The notes under the pieces were generated by a model. That model was not told where the DNA came from, made no database searches, and saw only the letters and a program-made list of their open reading frames with translations. A DNA stretch of 64,000 nt, from positions 11,033 through 75,032 of the forward strand of contig JAPDKE010000019.1 of assembly GCA_029258725.1 (NCBI GenBank), written 5' to 3'. Below, one piece after another: positions 34,606-43,508 of the stretch; positions within the stretch are counted from its first letter, which is position 1, and every line of letters starts with the position of its first letter. The position numbers and the translations under genes are program-made. The stretch comes from a bacterium. Lineage in GTDB: Bacteria; Hydrothermota; UBA3072; JAPDKE01.

Positions 34606-36267
34606 TTAATGAAACTTGAAGGTAACAGAAACCCTCCAGTTCGTGAGATTCGTGAGATTTGAACATCCCATCACATCTATCTGGAGGGAGGGGAGAGGAT
34701 TTATGCCAAATCCATAGAAATAATCCAGGGAAGGTTCTCTCCAGTCTTCGGTATTTGAAACACCATCTGTAACATCTGATGGATCCTCAAGCAAATCCTC
34801 ATCAACGGTTCCATCTCCATACTCTATTCTACGTGTCTCGGGTTCCTTGTCTATTAACTGCTGAACCAGGGTGGAGGTGGTGTAGGTGAAGGAATACACC
34901 GCGCCGCATCTGAATGCAAAGTATTCTTTGATTCTCCACTCCATTCCTACAGGGAGGGTTATAGTATATCCTGCATAGGTGGTTCTCTCATGCCATCTCT
35001 CAAATGAAGAAGTGGTCATGACGTAATCGTCAGCATCGTTCTCCTCATTATCTCCATCATTATACTGCTCAAACGACCTTTCACTCCTTGCAATGGTATC
35101 CGTTCTCTCACCACTCCATGCCTGAAATCGAGCCCCAACTCCAAACGTGAGTTTTTCATCCCTCACGTATATACCTTTCCACCAGAAAGAAAAGCCTCTC
35201 TCCCCTGTACTTCCGTTGCCGAGTTCATCAACTATTGTGGTATCTATAAGGAACTCCTCCCCATCACCAAGCGTTGTTCTATCTTCATTTCTTGTCATAT
35301 AATAGTATCTTGTGCTGTCCACAGACCCACCAGAGGTATAAAGACGCAATCCTATCTCCTGATGTGGCTCCCTTATATCTCCCAGTCTTGTCCTGAGGGT
35401 GAGGTAAAAGCCCCCTGTATTTAGAGGATCATAATCCCTTTCAACCACTTCATATCTCTCCACATCCACCTCGGGGTCCTCCGGGCTGAAGTCCTCCTCT
35501 TCGGTCCACCAGTAATCATAATTATCCTCGATATTTCTCTTTCTGTATCCGAGTTCTACTCCCACACGGGTTTTCTTATTCATGGCATACCAGAGGGACG
35601 TAAACACACTCCAGGAATTATTAAGATACTCTCCTGTCTCTGCACCCTCTCCACCGTATACATAAACATCCTCATTGAGGATAAGATCGTGATCTCTTAT
35701 CGTGTCTGCGAGGGTATAATCAAACCATGTGTTCCTCATCCTGGACATGGTGAATCCAAGCCCCGCGCTTGCCGTTTTTGTAAGCAGACCCCCTATTCCA
35801 AGATAGATATCATCACTCCTGTATCTTTCATAGGCAGAAACCACGACATGTTCCTCGCTCATAAAGTCGTATCCATCCGCATTGTCCCTGTCCTCATAGT
35901 GAACATAGTAAATATCTCCCTCTCCATAAATCCAGTTTCCGTATCTGTCCACGTATCCGGTAAAGAGAGGATTTTCCTCACTGTAACTATTGTAAATTCC
36001 CGCAAGATGTAAGGTACCGAATGTGGTCTTCCCCCCTATGAGGTAGGTCCCCAGCGAGGTATTGTTAAAGAGTCCTTCGGTTGTGGTGACCAGGTTGGAG
36101 AGGTTCGTGTACAGCCTTCCTCCCTTCACCCAGACCATTCTTCCGGGGTCCAGGATGAAGTCGTAGTCATCCTCAAGCAGGGTTCCGGTTGAGATGTTTC
36201 TGAAGGACTGGGGAACATACCCGAAGAGAACTGCTCCTGCAAGTAAAAGGAGAGCAAGACGTCTCAT
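34606..36267 (-). CDS. large outer-membrane beta-barrel protein (uncharacterised)
   Basis: Start at ATG 36267 after AGGAGG. Signal peptide MRRLALLLLAGAVLFG. Alternating aromatic/polar strands and D/E/Y/W-rich loops. Ends in ..WRVSVTFKFH. Confidence 0.5.
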   Translation of the reverse strand: MRRLALLLLAGAVLFGYVPQSFRNISTGTLLEDDYDFILDPGRMVWVKGGRLYTNLSNLVTTTEGLFNNTSLGTYLIGGKTTFGTLHLAGIYNSYSEENPLFTGYVDRYGNWIYGEGDIYYVHYEDRDNADGYDFMSEEHVVVSAYERYRSDDIYLGIGGLLTKTASAGLGFTMSRMRNTWFDYTLADTIRDHDLILNEDVYVYGGEGAETGEYLNNSWSVFTSLWYAMNKKTRVGVELGYRKRNIEDNYDYWWTEEEDFSPEDPEVDVERYEVVERDYDPLNTGGFYLTLRTRLGDIREPHQEIGLRLYTSGGSVDSTRYYYMTRNEDRTTLGDGEEFLIDTTIVDELGNGSTGERGFSFWWKGIYVRDEKLTFGVGARFQAWSGERTDTIARSERSFEQYNDGDNEENDADDYVMTTSSFERWHERTTYAGYTITLPVGMEWRIKEYFAFRCGAVYSFTYTTSTLVQQLIDKEPETRRIEYGDGTVDEDLLEDPSDVTDGVSNTEDWREPSLDYFYGFGINPLPSLQIDVMGCSNLTNLTNWRVSVTFKFH

Positions 36268-36280
36268 AAAAACCTCCTTT

Positions 36281-36625
36281 CTAAGTGTTTCTCCATACAC
36301 CTTCGTAATGGATTATTTCCTTTCTTTCATCCACCATCAGTATAACATCATATCTTATTTTCCGGCGATTGTAAAGCCCTTTTGATAGAAGATATGCCTG
36401 GGATGCCCTGACCACTCTTTTTATCTTCTCCGGGGTTATTGCCTCTTCAACCGGTGCAAATTCTTCATTTTTTCTACTCTTAACCTCAACAAACACAATT
36501 GTATCACCTTTCTGTGCAATAATATCTATCTCCCAGTGTTTGAACCTGTAGTTTCTTTCAAGTATTCTGTATCCCTTCCTTTTAAGATACCTTACCGCCC
36601 TGTCTTCTCCCTTTTTTCCCTTCAA
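36281..36625 (-). CDS. yraN: YraN family (UPF0102) endonuclease-like protein
   Basis: [46 protein letters not shown]. Start probably at TTG 36625 (after GGGAGG). The longer track ORF overlaps rnhB. Confidence 0.8.
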   Translation of the reverse strand: MKGKKGEDRAVRYLKRKGYRILERNYRFKHWEIDIIAQKGDTIVFVEVKSRKNEEFAPVEEAITPEKIKRVVRASQAYLLSKGLYNRRKIRYDVILMVDERKEIIHYEGVWRNT

Positions 36626-37214
36626 TAACCTCCCGGACCGGGCGGTACGAGCGCCTGTGAATCTCACAGGGTCCAAACCTCCTCAGTGCCTCAAGGTGCT
36701 CCGGGGTGGGGTACCCCTTGTTTTTTGCAAATCCATACAAAGGGTACCTTATATCACAGAGTTCCATTATCCTGTCCCTTATCACCTTCGCAACCACGGA
36801 TGCTGCACCCACCGCAAGGGAACGTGCATCTCCCTTGACAAGGGAAACTGTCTTTACAGGAAGGTCTATCTTGAGGGCATCCACAAGAAATACATCAGGA
36901 TAAAATGGCAGAGTCATGAGTGCGCGATAGACTGCCTCCTCCGTCGCCCTGAGAATGTTTATCCTGTCAATCACACATGCATCCACCATCCCCACCCCTA
37001 TGGCAATTGCATGCTCCTCAATCCTTTTGAAAACCTCCTCTCTTTTTTTAGGAGAAAGGGACTTTGAATCCCTCACCCCCTCTATCTCAACACCCGCAGG
37101 TAAAATCACTGCAGCCGCAACAACAGGTCCTGCAAGAGGTCCTCTTCCTGCCTCGTCTATCCCCCCAACCCAGTCCACCCCTTCCTTCCAGAATTCCTCA
37201 TCAACCCATCTCAT
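36582..37214 (-). CDS. rnhB: ribonuclease HII
   Basis: 210 aa with [19 protein letters not shown] and ..VDALKI...[20 protein letters not shown]. Confidence 0.93.
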   Translation of the reverse strand: MRWVDEEFWKEGVDWVGGIDEAGRGPLAGPVVAAAVILPAGVEIEGVRDSKSLSPKKREEVFKRIEEHAIAIGVGMVDACVIDRINILRATEEAVYRALMTLPFYPDVFLVDALKIDLPVKTVSLVKGDARSLAVGAASVVAKVIRDRIMELCDIRYPLYGFAKNKGYPTPEHLEALRRFGPCEIHRRSYRPVREVIEGKKGRRQGGKVS

Positions 37215-37558
37215 CCTCTCTTTTCCTTTACCTTTGCTGCCTTCCCCTTCCTCTCCCTCAGATAGAAGAGGCGCGCCCTTCTCACCTTTCCACGCCTCAG
37301 GACCTCTATCTTTGTAACATTGGGAGAGTAGAGGGGGAAGATTCTCTCAACCCCAATTCCCTGGGATATCTTCCTTACCGTGAAGGTCTCCCTTATTCCG
37401 CTTCCCCTTCTCTGGATTACCGTTCCCTCAAACTTCTGTATCCTCTTCTTTCCTCCCTCCTCAATCAGATAATGGACCCTCACGGTATCACCCGGTCCAA
37501 AATCAGGAATCTCCTTCTGGGGCATCTCCTTCTGTTCAAATACAAGAATGGGGTCCAT
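37211..37558 (-). CDS. rplS: 50S ribosomal protein L19
   Basis: 115 aa, ..[61 protein letters not shown]. Confidence 0.96.
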   Translation of the reverse strand: MDPILVFEQKEMPQKEIPDFGPGDTVRVHYLIEEGGKKRIQKFEGTVIQRRGSGIRETFTVRKISQGIGVERIFPLYSPNVTKIEVLRRGKVRRARLFYLRERKGKAAKVKEKRG

Positions 37559-38279
37559 CCTTTTCCTCCTTCAGTTTTTCAAGGATTTTTTTCTCTTCCT
37601 CTGTGAGTTCCGCATGTTCAAGCAGGTCAGGTCTTCTCTCAAGTGTCCTCTTTAAGGATTCTTTCATCCTCCACTTTCTTATCTCCTCGTGATTTCCAGA
37701 AAGCAAAATCTCAGGAACCTTCATTCCCATGAATTCCCTGGGTCTCGTGTATAAGGGAGCCTCAAGCAGATTTCTCTCAAAGGAGTCAGTATCAACCGAA
37801 TCCTTATCCCCAACAGCACCAGGCAGCAATCTCACCACTGCATCCACAAGAACAACTGCAGCAGGTTCACCACCCGAAAGAACGTAGTCTCCTATGGAAA
37901 GTTCCATGTCAACAAAGGATGTAACCCTCTCATCCACTCCCTTGTATCTTCCACAGATTATAACAAGATGCTCACACTGTGAAAGTTCCCTCGCGAGTTT
38001 CTGGGTAAAGGTCCTTCCCTGAGGAGTAAGAAGTATCACCAGTTCCTTTCCATCCCTCACCGACTCAACCGCTCTCCATATCGGCTCCACCTTCATCACC
38101 ATTCCGCTTCCGCCGCCGAAAGGGTAGTCGTCAACGCTCCGGTAGGGGTCTGATGTAAAGTCCCTTATGTTAACTGTTCTTATCTCCACCAGCCCCTTTT
38201 CCCTTGCCCTTCCCACAATCCCGCATGAAAAGGGTCCTTCAAAGAAGGAAGGGAAAAGGGTAAGGATGTGTATCTTCAT
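37536..38279 (-). CDS. trmD: tRNA (guanine37-N1)-methyltransferase
   Basis: 247 aa, [25 protein letters not shown]...[15 protein letters not shown]...[12 protein letters not shown]. Confidence 0.95.
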   Translation of the reverse strand: MKIHILTLFPSFFEGPFSCGIVGRAREKGLVEIRTVNIRDFTSDPYRSVDDYPFGGGSGMVMKVEPIWRAVESVRDGKELVILLTPQGRTFTQKLARELSQCEHLVIICGRYKGVDERVTSFVDMELSIGDYVLSGGEPAAVVLVDAVVRLLPGAVGDKDSVDTDSFERNLLEAPLYTRPREFMGMKVPEILLSGNHEEIRKWRMKESLKRTLERRPDLLEHAELTEEEKKILEKLKEEKDGPHSCI

Positions 38280-38330
38280 AAAAAGAAGAGGGGGAGAGTT
38301 TACTCTCCCCCATTCTTTAAAAGGGATGGA

Positions 38331-38564
38331 TCAGGGCTCGAGGATTTCCAGAACCGCCCTCTTCCCGGACTTCATCGAAGCAGCGGTGATGATAGTCCGG
38401 AGAGCCTTGGCGGTCTTACCCTCTTTCCCGATGATCTTGCCTATGTCACCGGGTCCGACCTTGAGTTCGTAAACAACGGTCCTCTCCCCGGCAATCTCCC
38501 TGACCTCAACCTGATCAGGATTGTCAACAAGGGCTTTTGCAATGTGTTCAATCAGTTCCTTCAT
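38331..38564 (-). CDS. khpA: KH-domain RNA-binding protein (UPF0109/KhpA)
   Basis: 77 aa, [21 protein letters not shown]...[24 protein letters not shown]. Lies downstream of rpsP. Confidence 0.85.
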   Translation of the reverse strand: MKELIEHIAKALVDNPDQVEVREIAGERTVVYELKVGPGDIGKIIGKEGKTAKALRTIITAASMKSGKRAVLEILEP

Positions 38565-38832
38565 CGTTTCTCACCTCCTCCTTTGAGGTTTCTCCTTTTT
38601 CCTTCTGCCATCTCTTTACAAGGACCTTGACAGGATTGGATAACTGGGCTCCTTTCTTCACCCACTCCTGAAGCCGGTCCATTTTGATGTGAAGATTCTC
38701 ATTTCTGGGATCGTAGTATCCCAGTTTTTCGATAAACTTACCATCGCGAGGTGCTCTCGCATCAGCAACAATTATCTGATAAAAAGGTGCGTTGGTCTTT
38801 CCTGCTCTCCTCAGTCTTATCCTTACCCCAAT
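38548..38832 (-). CDS. rpsP: 30S ribosomal protein S16 (apparent non-canonical ATT start)
   Basis: Absent from the ORF track. Hand translation gives (ATT)[67 protein letters not shown].. An in-frame TGA lies 2 codons upstream of ATT. AAGGAGGTG lies 6 nt upstream of ATT. The gene ends 17 nt inside khpA. Confidence 0.88.
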   Translation of the reverse strand: MGVRIRLRRAGKTNAPFYQIIVADARAPRDGKFIEKLGYYDPRNENLHIKMDRLQEWVKKGAQLSNPVKVLVKRWQKEKGETSKEEVRNDEGTD

Positions 38833-38866
38833 CCATCACCTCCTTATTTTCTGAGTTGACTTTAAA

Positions 38867-38894
38867 TTTATACACAATTTTTTGATTTTGTCAA
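38867..38894 (-). promoter_or_regulatory. sigma70-type promoter for the rpsP operon (TTGACA-16-TATAAA)
   Basis: The minus strand reads acTTGACAaaatcaaaaaattgtgTATAAAtttaaagtcaactcagaaaatAAGGAGG. Confidence 0.5.
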
Positions 38895-38901
38895 GTAAAC
38901 C

Positions 38902-38930
38902 TTGACAAACCCTCAAAAATTTATTATTAA
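38902..38930 (+). promoter_or_regulatory. sigma70-type promoter for tRNA-Phe (TTGACA-17-TATTAA)
   Basis: The plus strand reads cTTGACAaaccctcaaaaatttatTATTAAattcgtga, then the tRNA 5' end at 38939. It stands back-to-back with the rpsP promoter. Confidence 0.6.
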
Positions 38931-38938
38931 ATTCGTGA

Positions 38939-39011
38939 GCCGAGGTAGCTCAGTTGGTAGAGCACGGGACTGAAAATCCCGGTGTCGGTGGTTCGATTCC
39001 GCCCCTCGGCA
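38939..39011 (+). tRNA. tRNA-Phe (anticodon GAA)
   Basis: GCCGAGGTAGCTCAGTTGGTAGAGCACGGGACTGAAAATCCCGGTGTCGGTGGTTCGATTCCGCCCCTCGGCA. Canonical cloverleaf with anticodon loop CTGAAAA. Confidence 0.95.
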
Positions 39012-39028
39012 CTTTTTAAATAATAACC

Positions 39029-39439
39029 ATGCTTCTACTTTTTGCAGCAACAGCGGTAAAGGTTTCACCTGGAATTTACCTGGGAACCCCGACGGGATTG
39101 ACCCTCAGGGTGCCTGTAAAAAAACTTACCTGGGTGGATGGAATGGCAGGATGGTACGCATGGGGAGGCGTATCCGTGCATGCAAACTTTGTCTTTGGAA
39201 ATTACATGAAGGTTGAGGGGATAGAACAGGGGAACTTTTATTATTATCTTGGAGGCCGGGGGGCTGTGTGGGGATGGAGTGGAGAACTTGACATTGCAGG
39301 GGGATTTGTTGGGGGTATTGGTTATTCCATTGCTCCATTTGATTTTTCATTTGAGGTTGCACTTCTCATGAGGGTCTATCCCTCTGTATCTCCTGAGACT
39401 GCAGGAGGAATCGCAATCCGATGGATAGGTGAGAAATGA
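39029..39439 (+). CDS. hypothetical small Gly/aromatic-rich protein (possible small beta-barrel or envelope protein)
   Basis: 136-aa ORF. 4-nt overlap with the downstream HD gene supports coding. No family recognised. Confidence 0.4.
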   Translation: MLLLFAATAVKVSPGIYLGTPTGLTLRVPVKKLTWVDGMAGWYAWGGVSVHANFVFGNYMKVEGIEQGNFYYYLGGRGAVWGWSGELDIAGGFVGGIGYSIAPFDFSFEVALLMRVYPSVSPETAGGIAIRWIGEK

Positions 39440-39984
39440 CAAGGGAAGAGGCACTGAAATTGATTCAGGAAAAGGTAAAAACAAAAAATCTTGTAAAGCA
39501 CATGATTGCCGTTGAGGCATGTATGAGAAAACTTGCAGAGAGGCTTGGAGAAGACCCGGAGATGTGGGGGCTTGCAGGATTGCTGCACGATATAGACTAC
39601 GAGGTCACAAAGGACAAACCTGAGGAACACGCAAAGGTAGGGGCAGAATGGCTCCGTGAGATGGGATTGCCTGAGGAAATCGTAAATGCCGTGAGAAGAC
39701 ATGCTGGAAGGGATGAGAAGCCAGTTGAACCCATGGATATTGCACTCTATGCAGCAGACCCGCTGACAGGATTGATTGTTGCCTCTGCCCTCATGCATCC
39801 ATCAAGGTCTTTGAAGGGGATGGACAGGGATTTTGTCCTGAGAAGATTTAAAGAGAAAAGATTCGCAGCAGGGGCAAACAGGGAACAGATAAAAGAGTGC
39901 GAGCGTCTCGGACTTTCGCTTGAAGAGTTTATTGATATATGCCTTGAAGCAATGAAGGAGGTAAGTGATGCTCTTGGCCTTTAG
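39436..39984 (+). CDS. HD-domain (HDIG-type) phosphohydrolase
   Basis: 182 aa with KHMIAVEACMRKLA and GLLHDIDYE (HD motif). Confidence 0.8.
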   Translation: MTREEALKLIQEKVKTKNLVKHMIAVEACMRKLAERLGEDPEMWGLAGLLHDIDYEVTKDKPEEHAKVGAEWLREMGLPEEIVNAVRRHAGRDEKPVEPMDIALYAADPLTGLIVASALMHPSRSLKGMDRDFVLRRFKEKRFAAGANREQIKECERLGLSLEEFIDICLEAMKEVSDALGL

Positions 39985-40288
39985 TCTCTTTTCTGCCTTC
40001 ATGAGTCCACCCGACGACAGGTGGATTGCAAAGGATAAAGGATTGCATTTCATCTGTTCCTTTGCAATAGTTGGGCTTTCCTATCACTTTTATCACTGCC
40101 AGCTTGGAAGACCAGAAGGGGAATCAAAGGTAGTTGCCGTTTCATTTACAGGGCTGGTTGGCATTGGGAAAGAGGTTTATGACTCATTCATAAAGAAGAA
40201 AGGGGCAAGCTGGAAGGACCTTGTGTTTGATGCCCTGGGAATTGGAGCAGGGATTCTTTTCTTTACATGGGAGATAAATAAGGAATGA
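39965..40288 (+). CDS. small membrane protein (YfiM/DUF2279- or VanZ-like)
   Basis: 107 aa with DRWIAKDKGLHF and hydrophobic segments. Overlaps both neighbours in operon fashion. Confidence 0.4.
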   Translation: MMLLAFSLFSAFMSPPDDRWIAKDKGLHFICSFAIVGLSYHFYHCQLGRPEGESKVVAVSFTGLVGIGKEVYDSFIKKKGASWKDLVFDALGIGAGILFFTWEINKE

Positions 40289-41247
40289 GGGTATTCATAT
40301 CAAGACCTGTTCCCCAAGGCTGGCTCCATTTACTGCATGGAAAGGTGGATTATGAAATATTTCCCGAGGATAGATTGCTCTCAAAGGAAGAACTGAAAAG
40401 ACACCTTTCCGAGGTTGATGGGGCCATAGTAATCCTTGCGGATAAGATTGATAAAGAGGTTATGGATGCGGCACCGAATCTGAGGGTTATCTCAAACTAT
40501 GCGGTTGGATACGATAATATAGATATTGAGGAGGCAACCCGAAGGAAGATAATGGTAACAAATACTCCCGATGTTTTAACCAATGCAACCGCAGAACTCG
40601 CACTTGCGCTTCTCTTTGCCGTGGCAAGGAGGGTTGTTGAAGGGGATAGATTTACAAGGGAAGGAAGATTTGAGGGATGGTCCCCTGTTCTTCTGCTTGG
40701 AACTGAGATAAAGGGGAAAACGGTGGGGGTTATAGGTGCAGGAAGAATAGGGAGAGAGTTTGCAAAAAAGGCACATGCACTGGGAATGAAGGTGATTTAT
40801 TATTCACGAACAAGGAAGGAGGAACTTGATAAAATCGGGGCAGAATTTGTATCCTTAGAGGAACTTTTAAGGCGCTCGGACTTTATTTCAATCCACCTTC
40901 CCTTGACCCCTGAAACCCATCATCTCATAGGTAAAAAAGAGATAGAAATGATGAAACCCGATGCAATTCTCATAAATACGGGAAGGGGAGCTGTTATTGA
41001 TGAAATGGCGCTTGCAGATGCACTCAAAAGAAAAAGGATTAAGGGAGCGGGGCTTGATGTGTATGAATTTGAGCCGGGAATAACCCGAATTTTGCTTGAA
41101 CTTGAAAATGTTGTTCTCACTCCCCATATAGGAAGTGCGACCGAGGAGACAAGAAAAAGAATGATGGAGGTTGCCTGCGAAAATCTGCTCTGCGCGCTTG
41201 AGGGAAAAACCCCCCCAAATCTTGTTAATCCTGAAGTTTTATCTTGA
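40285..41247 (+). CDS. D-isomer-specific 2-hydroxyacid dehydrogenase (glyoxylate/hydroxypyruvate reductase-like)
   Basis: 320 aa with GVIGAGRIGREFAKKA (NAD site), ..LINTGRGAVIDE.. and PHIGSAT. Confidence 0.88.
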   Translation: MRVFISRPVPQGWLHLLHGKVDYEIFPEDRLLSKEELKRHLSEVDGAIVILADKIDKEVMDAAPNLRVISNYAVGYDNIDIEEATRRKIMVTNTPDVLTNATAELALALLFAVARRVVEGDRFTREGRFEGWSPVLLLGTEIKGKTVGVIGAGRIGREFAKKAHALGMKVIYYSRTRKEELDKIGAEFVSLEELLRRSDFISIHLPLTPETHHLIGKKEIEMMKPDAILINTGRGAVIDEMALADALKRKRIKGAGLDVYEFEPGITRILLELENVVLTPHIGSATEETRKRMMEVACENLLCALEGKTPPNLVNPEVLS

Positions 41248-41271
41248 CAAAAGAAAAATTCGGATTATAAT
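41244..41271 (+). promoter_or_regulatory. consensus sigma70 promoter for tRNA-Leu (TTGACA-16-TATAAT)
   Basis: atcTTGACAaaagaaaaattcggatTATAATatcgttgaaa, then the tRNA at 41282. The -35 box overlaps the dehydrogenase stop codon. Confidence 0.65.
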
Positions 41272-41281
41272 ATCGTTGAAA

Positions 41282-41364
41282 GCCGGGGTGGCGGAATTGG
41301 CAGACGCGCACGTTTGAGGGGCGTGTGGGTTTATCCCGTAGGGGTTCAAATCCCCTCCCCGGCA
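41282..41364 (+). tRNA. tRNA-Leu (anticodon GAG), class II with a long variable arm
   Basis: GCCGGGGTGGCGGAATTGGCAGACGCGCACGTTTGAGGGGCGTGTGGGTTTATCCCGTAGGGGTTCAAATCCCCTCCCCGGCA. Anticodon loop TTGAGGG, followed by a T6 run. Confidence 0.92.
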
Positions 41365-41372
41365 TTTTTTAT

Positions 41373-41837
41373 TTATATACTCAGTGCAACCCCCAGGAGT
41401 ATTGAGATTCCCATTCTTGCGCTTTCTCCCTCCTCTCGTGGCAGGATGTAGTTGAATCTCACCTCAGGAATTGCATTTATCATCAGGTCCCGGAAGAGCA
41501 TAAGCTGATAAATCAGATGGAAGTTCACGCTTCCATTTCCTATTCCACTGAATCCAAGTCCCCCTCCAAACATGTGTGAGAACCTTCCGCTTTTTATTGC
41601 ACGGAATATATCCACATCAAGATTCAGATCCGGTTCGGGTCCCCAGAAAAGATAGGCATTTGCATCCACTGCAAAGGGCTCGCTCAGGAAGAGAACCCCG
41701 CATCCAAGACCTCCCCCGTAAAGCCCTTCTTCCGTGGAATAACCACTTACAGGATAAAGAAAACCAACCTTTCCCGAAAAGGCAAGTTTCCATTCCTTCT
41801 CTCCCATGGAGAGAAAGGAAAAGAGAAGCCACCACAT
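41373..41837 (-). CDS. hypothetical small envelope protein (Gly/aromatic-rich, beta-strand pattern)
   Basis: 154-aa ORF with a hydrophobic N-terminus. No family recognised. Confidence 0.4.
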   Translation of the reverse strand: MWWLLFSFLSMGEKEWKLAFSGKVGFLYPVSGYSTEEGLYGGGLGCGVLFLSEPFAVDANAYLFWGPEPDLNLDVDIFRAIKSGRFSHMFGGGLGFSGIGNGSVNFHLIYQLMLFRDLMINAIPEVRFNYILPREEGESARMGISILLGVALSI

Positions 41838-41852
41838 AAAACACCTCCTTTT

Positions 41853-43508
41853 TTATTCCTCCACCTTTATCGTTCTTTCAAACGGGATGCTTTCAGGGGT
41901 TATTATGTAACGTTTGACCTTCTGGGTTGTTGTCTTTGGTAATTCTTCCTCAACCACCATTATTCTTCTTATTCTCTTGTAATCCGCAAGATGCTCGTTT
42001 ATCTTCCGCACTTCTTTTCTCAACAATTCCTTTATCCTTTCCTCATTCATTCCAGGTATCTCGTTTCTTATCTCATCAAAATTGGGATGGATAACTGCAA
42101 CAAGCTGTCCCTCACGGGATATGACAAGGGTCTCAAGAATGAACGGGGACTCAAGCAGTTTTTCCTCTATCTCCTCTGGATATATGTTTTTACCTCCCAT
42201 TGTCACAATGACCGACTTCTTTCTTCCGGTTATATAAAGATATCCATCTTTATCAAACCTTCCCATATCTCCGGTTAAGAACCATCCGTCTTCTGTTATT
42301 ACTTTCTTTGTCTCCTCTGGATTTTTGTAATATCCCTTCATCACCAGGTCTCCCCTCACCGCAATCTCCCCTATCCCATCCTTATCCGGGTCAACAATTT
42401 TTACCTCAACCCCGGGAAGTGGTAGTCCAACACTTTTATTCCTTGGAGCCTCGGGAGGATTTACGGAAACAACGGGAGATGTTTCAGAAAGACCGTATCC
42501 TTGAAGTACTGGAAACCCCATAAATTCAAGGAAGGAAGAGACAAACTCTGGAAGGGCAGCCCCACCGGACACAAGATACCTGAGTTTTCCCATTCCCATC
42601 TCCTCTCTCACCTTTGAGAATATTCTCTTTCTTATGCCTGCTGGAGCAAGTTTCAGGCTTTTCACAAATCCACGCTTAAGAGCGGGCAGTTTCTCTATTT
42701 CTTTCTGTATCCTCTTTACCATTTTCTCAAGGATAAGGGGAACAACCGTCATTATCTGCGGTTCTGAATCCCTTAAATCTTCTCTCAGTTCATTTGGTTT
42801 TAAAGACCTTGCAAGCGTCATTGTTGCACCAACCGTAATCCCTGCCAGGATGTTTGTGGTAATGGGAAATATGTGATGAAAGGGAAGCATGCAGAAAATC
42901 CTGTCTCCCGGATATATTTCAAGGACCTGAAGGAAGGAATCTATGTTTGAACCAACATTCCTGTTCGTTAAAACCACTCCCTTTGAATTTCCTGTTGTTC
43001 CTGAGGTAAAAAGTATGAGCAATTCATCATCAAGGGAAATGGAGGGAAGCATGGCATCCCCTTCAAATTCCATTACGCTCTCAAGCGGGATTATATCTCT
43101 TAAAGATGGAATGTTGTCCCTGTTTATTTCAACCGATGAGGAGGCGAAAACAACCGATGTTTCTGCAATATTGAGAAAGTGCTCTATTTCCTCTCTTGTT
43201 AATCTTGCATCAAGTGGGACAGCAACGGCTCCGGTGTAGAAAATTCCCAGGAAGGCAACCACCCATTCGGGGGAATTTTCACCAACGATTCCAACCCTGT
43301 CTCCCTTTCCAACTGCAAGTGACCTCAATTTCAGGGATACCGCCTTCACATGTTTCAAAAGTTCAGCCTCGGTCCATCGCTTCCATCCCCCTTCTTTCTT
43401 TATCTCCATAGCAACAAGGTCAGGATGGGATTCAACCACATCCATGAAAAACTCTATGGGTGGGCGAATCCCGATGGATGGTTTAAGATGCCTGCGCTTT
43501 AAGGGCAT
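41853..43508 (-). CDS. long-chain-fatty-acid--CoA ligase (AMP-binding / ANL superfamily)
   Basis: ILFTSGTTGNSKGVVLT (AMP motif), YGLSETS, TGDMG..DKDGYLYITGRKKS. The start is uncertain (ATG 43508 or 43445). The track start at 43601 lies deep inside gcvPA. Confidence 0.85.
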   Translation of the reverse strand: MPLKRRHLKPSIGIRPPIEFFMDVVESHPDLVAMEIKKEGGWKRWTEAELLKHVKAVSLKLRSLAVGKGDRVGIVGENSPEWVVAFLGIFYTGAVAVPLDARLTREEIEHFLNIAETSVVFASSSVEINRDNIPSLRDIIPLESVMEFEGDAMLPSISLDDELLILFTSGTTGNSKGVVLTNRNVGSNIDSFLQVLEIYPGDRIFCMLPFHHIFPITTNILAGITVGATMTLARSLKPNELREDLRDSEPQIMTVVPLILEKMVKRIQKEIEKLPALKRGFVKSLKLAPAGIRKRIFSKVREEMGMGKLRYLVSGGAALPEFVSSFLEFMGFPVLQGYGLSETSPVVSVNPPEAPRNKSVGLPLPGVEVKIVDPDKDGIGEIAVRGDLVMKGYYKNPEETKKVITEDGWFLTGDMGRFDKDGYLYITGRKKSVIVTMGGKNIYPEEIEEKLLESPFILETLVISREGQLVAVIHPNFDEIRNEIPGMNEERIKELLRKEVRKINEHLADYKRIRRIMVVEEELPKTTTQKVKRYIITPESIPFERTIKVEE

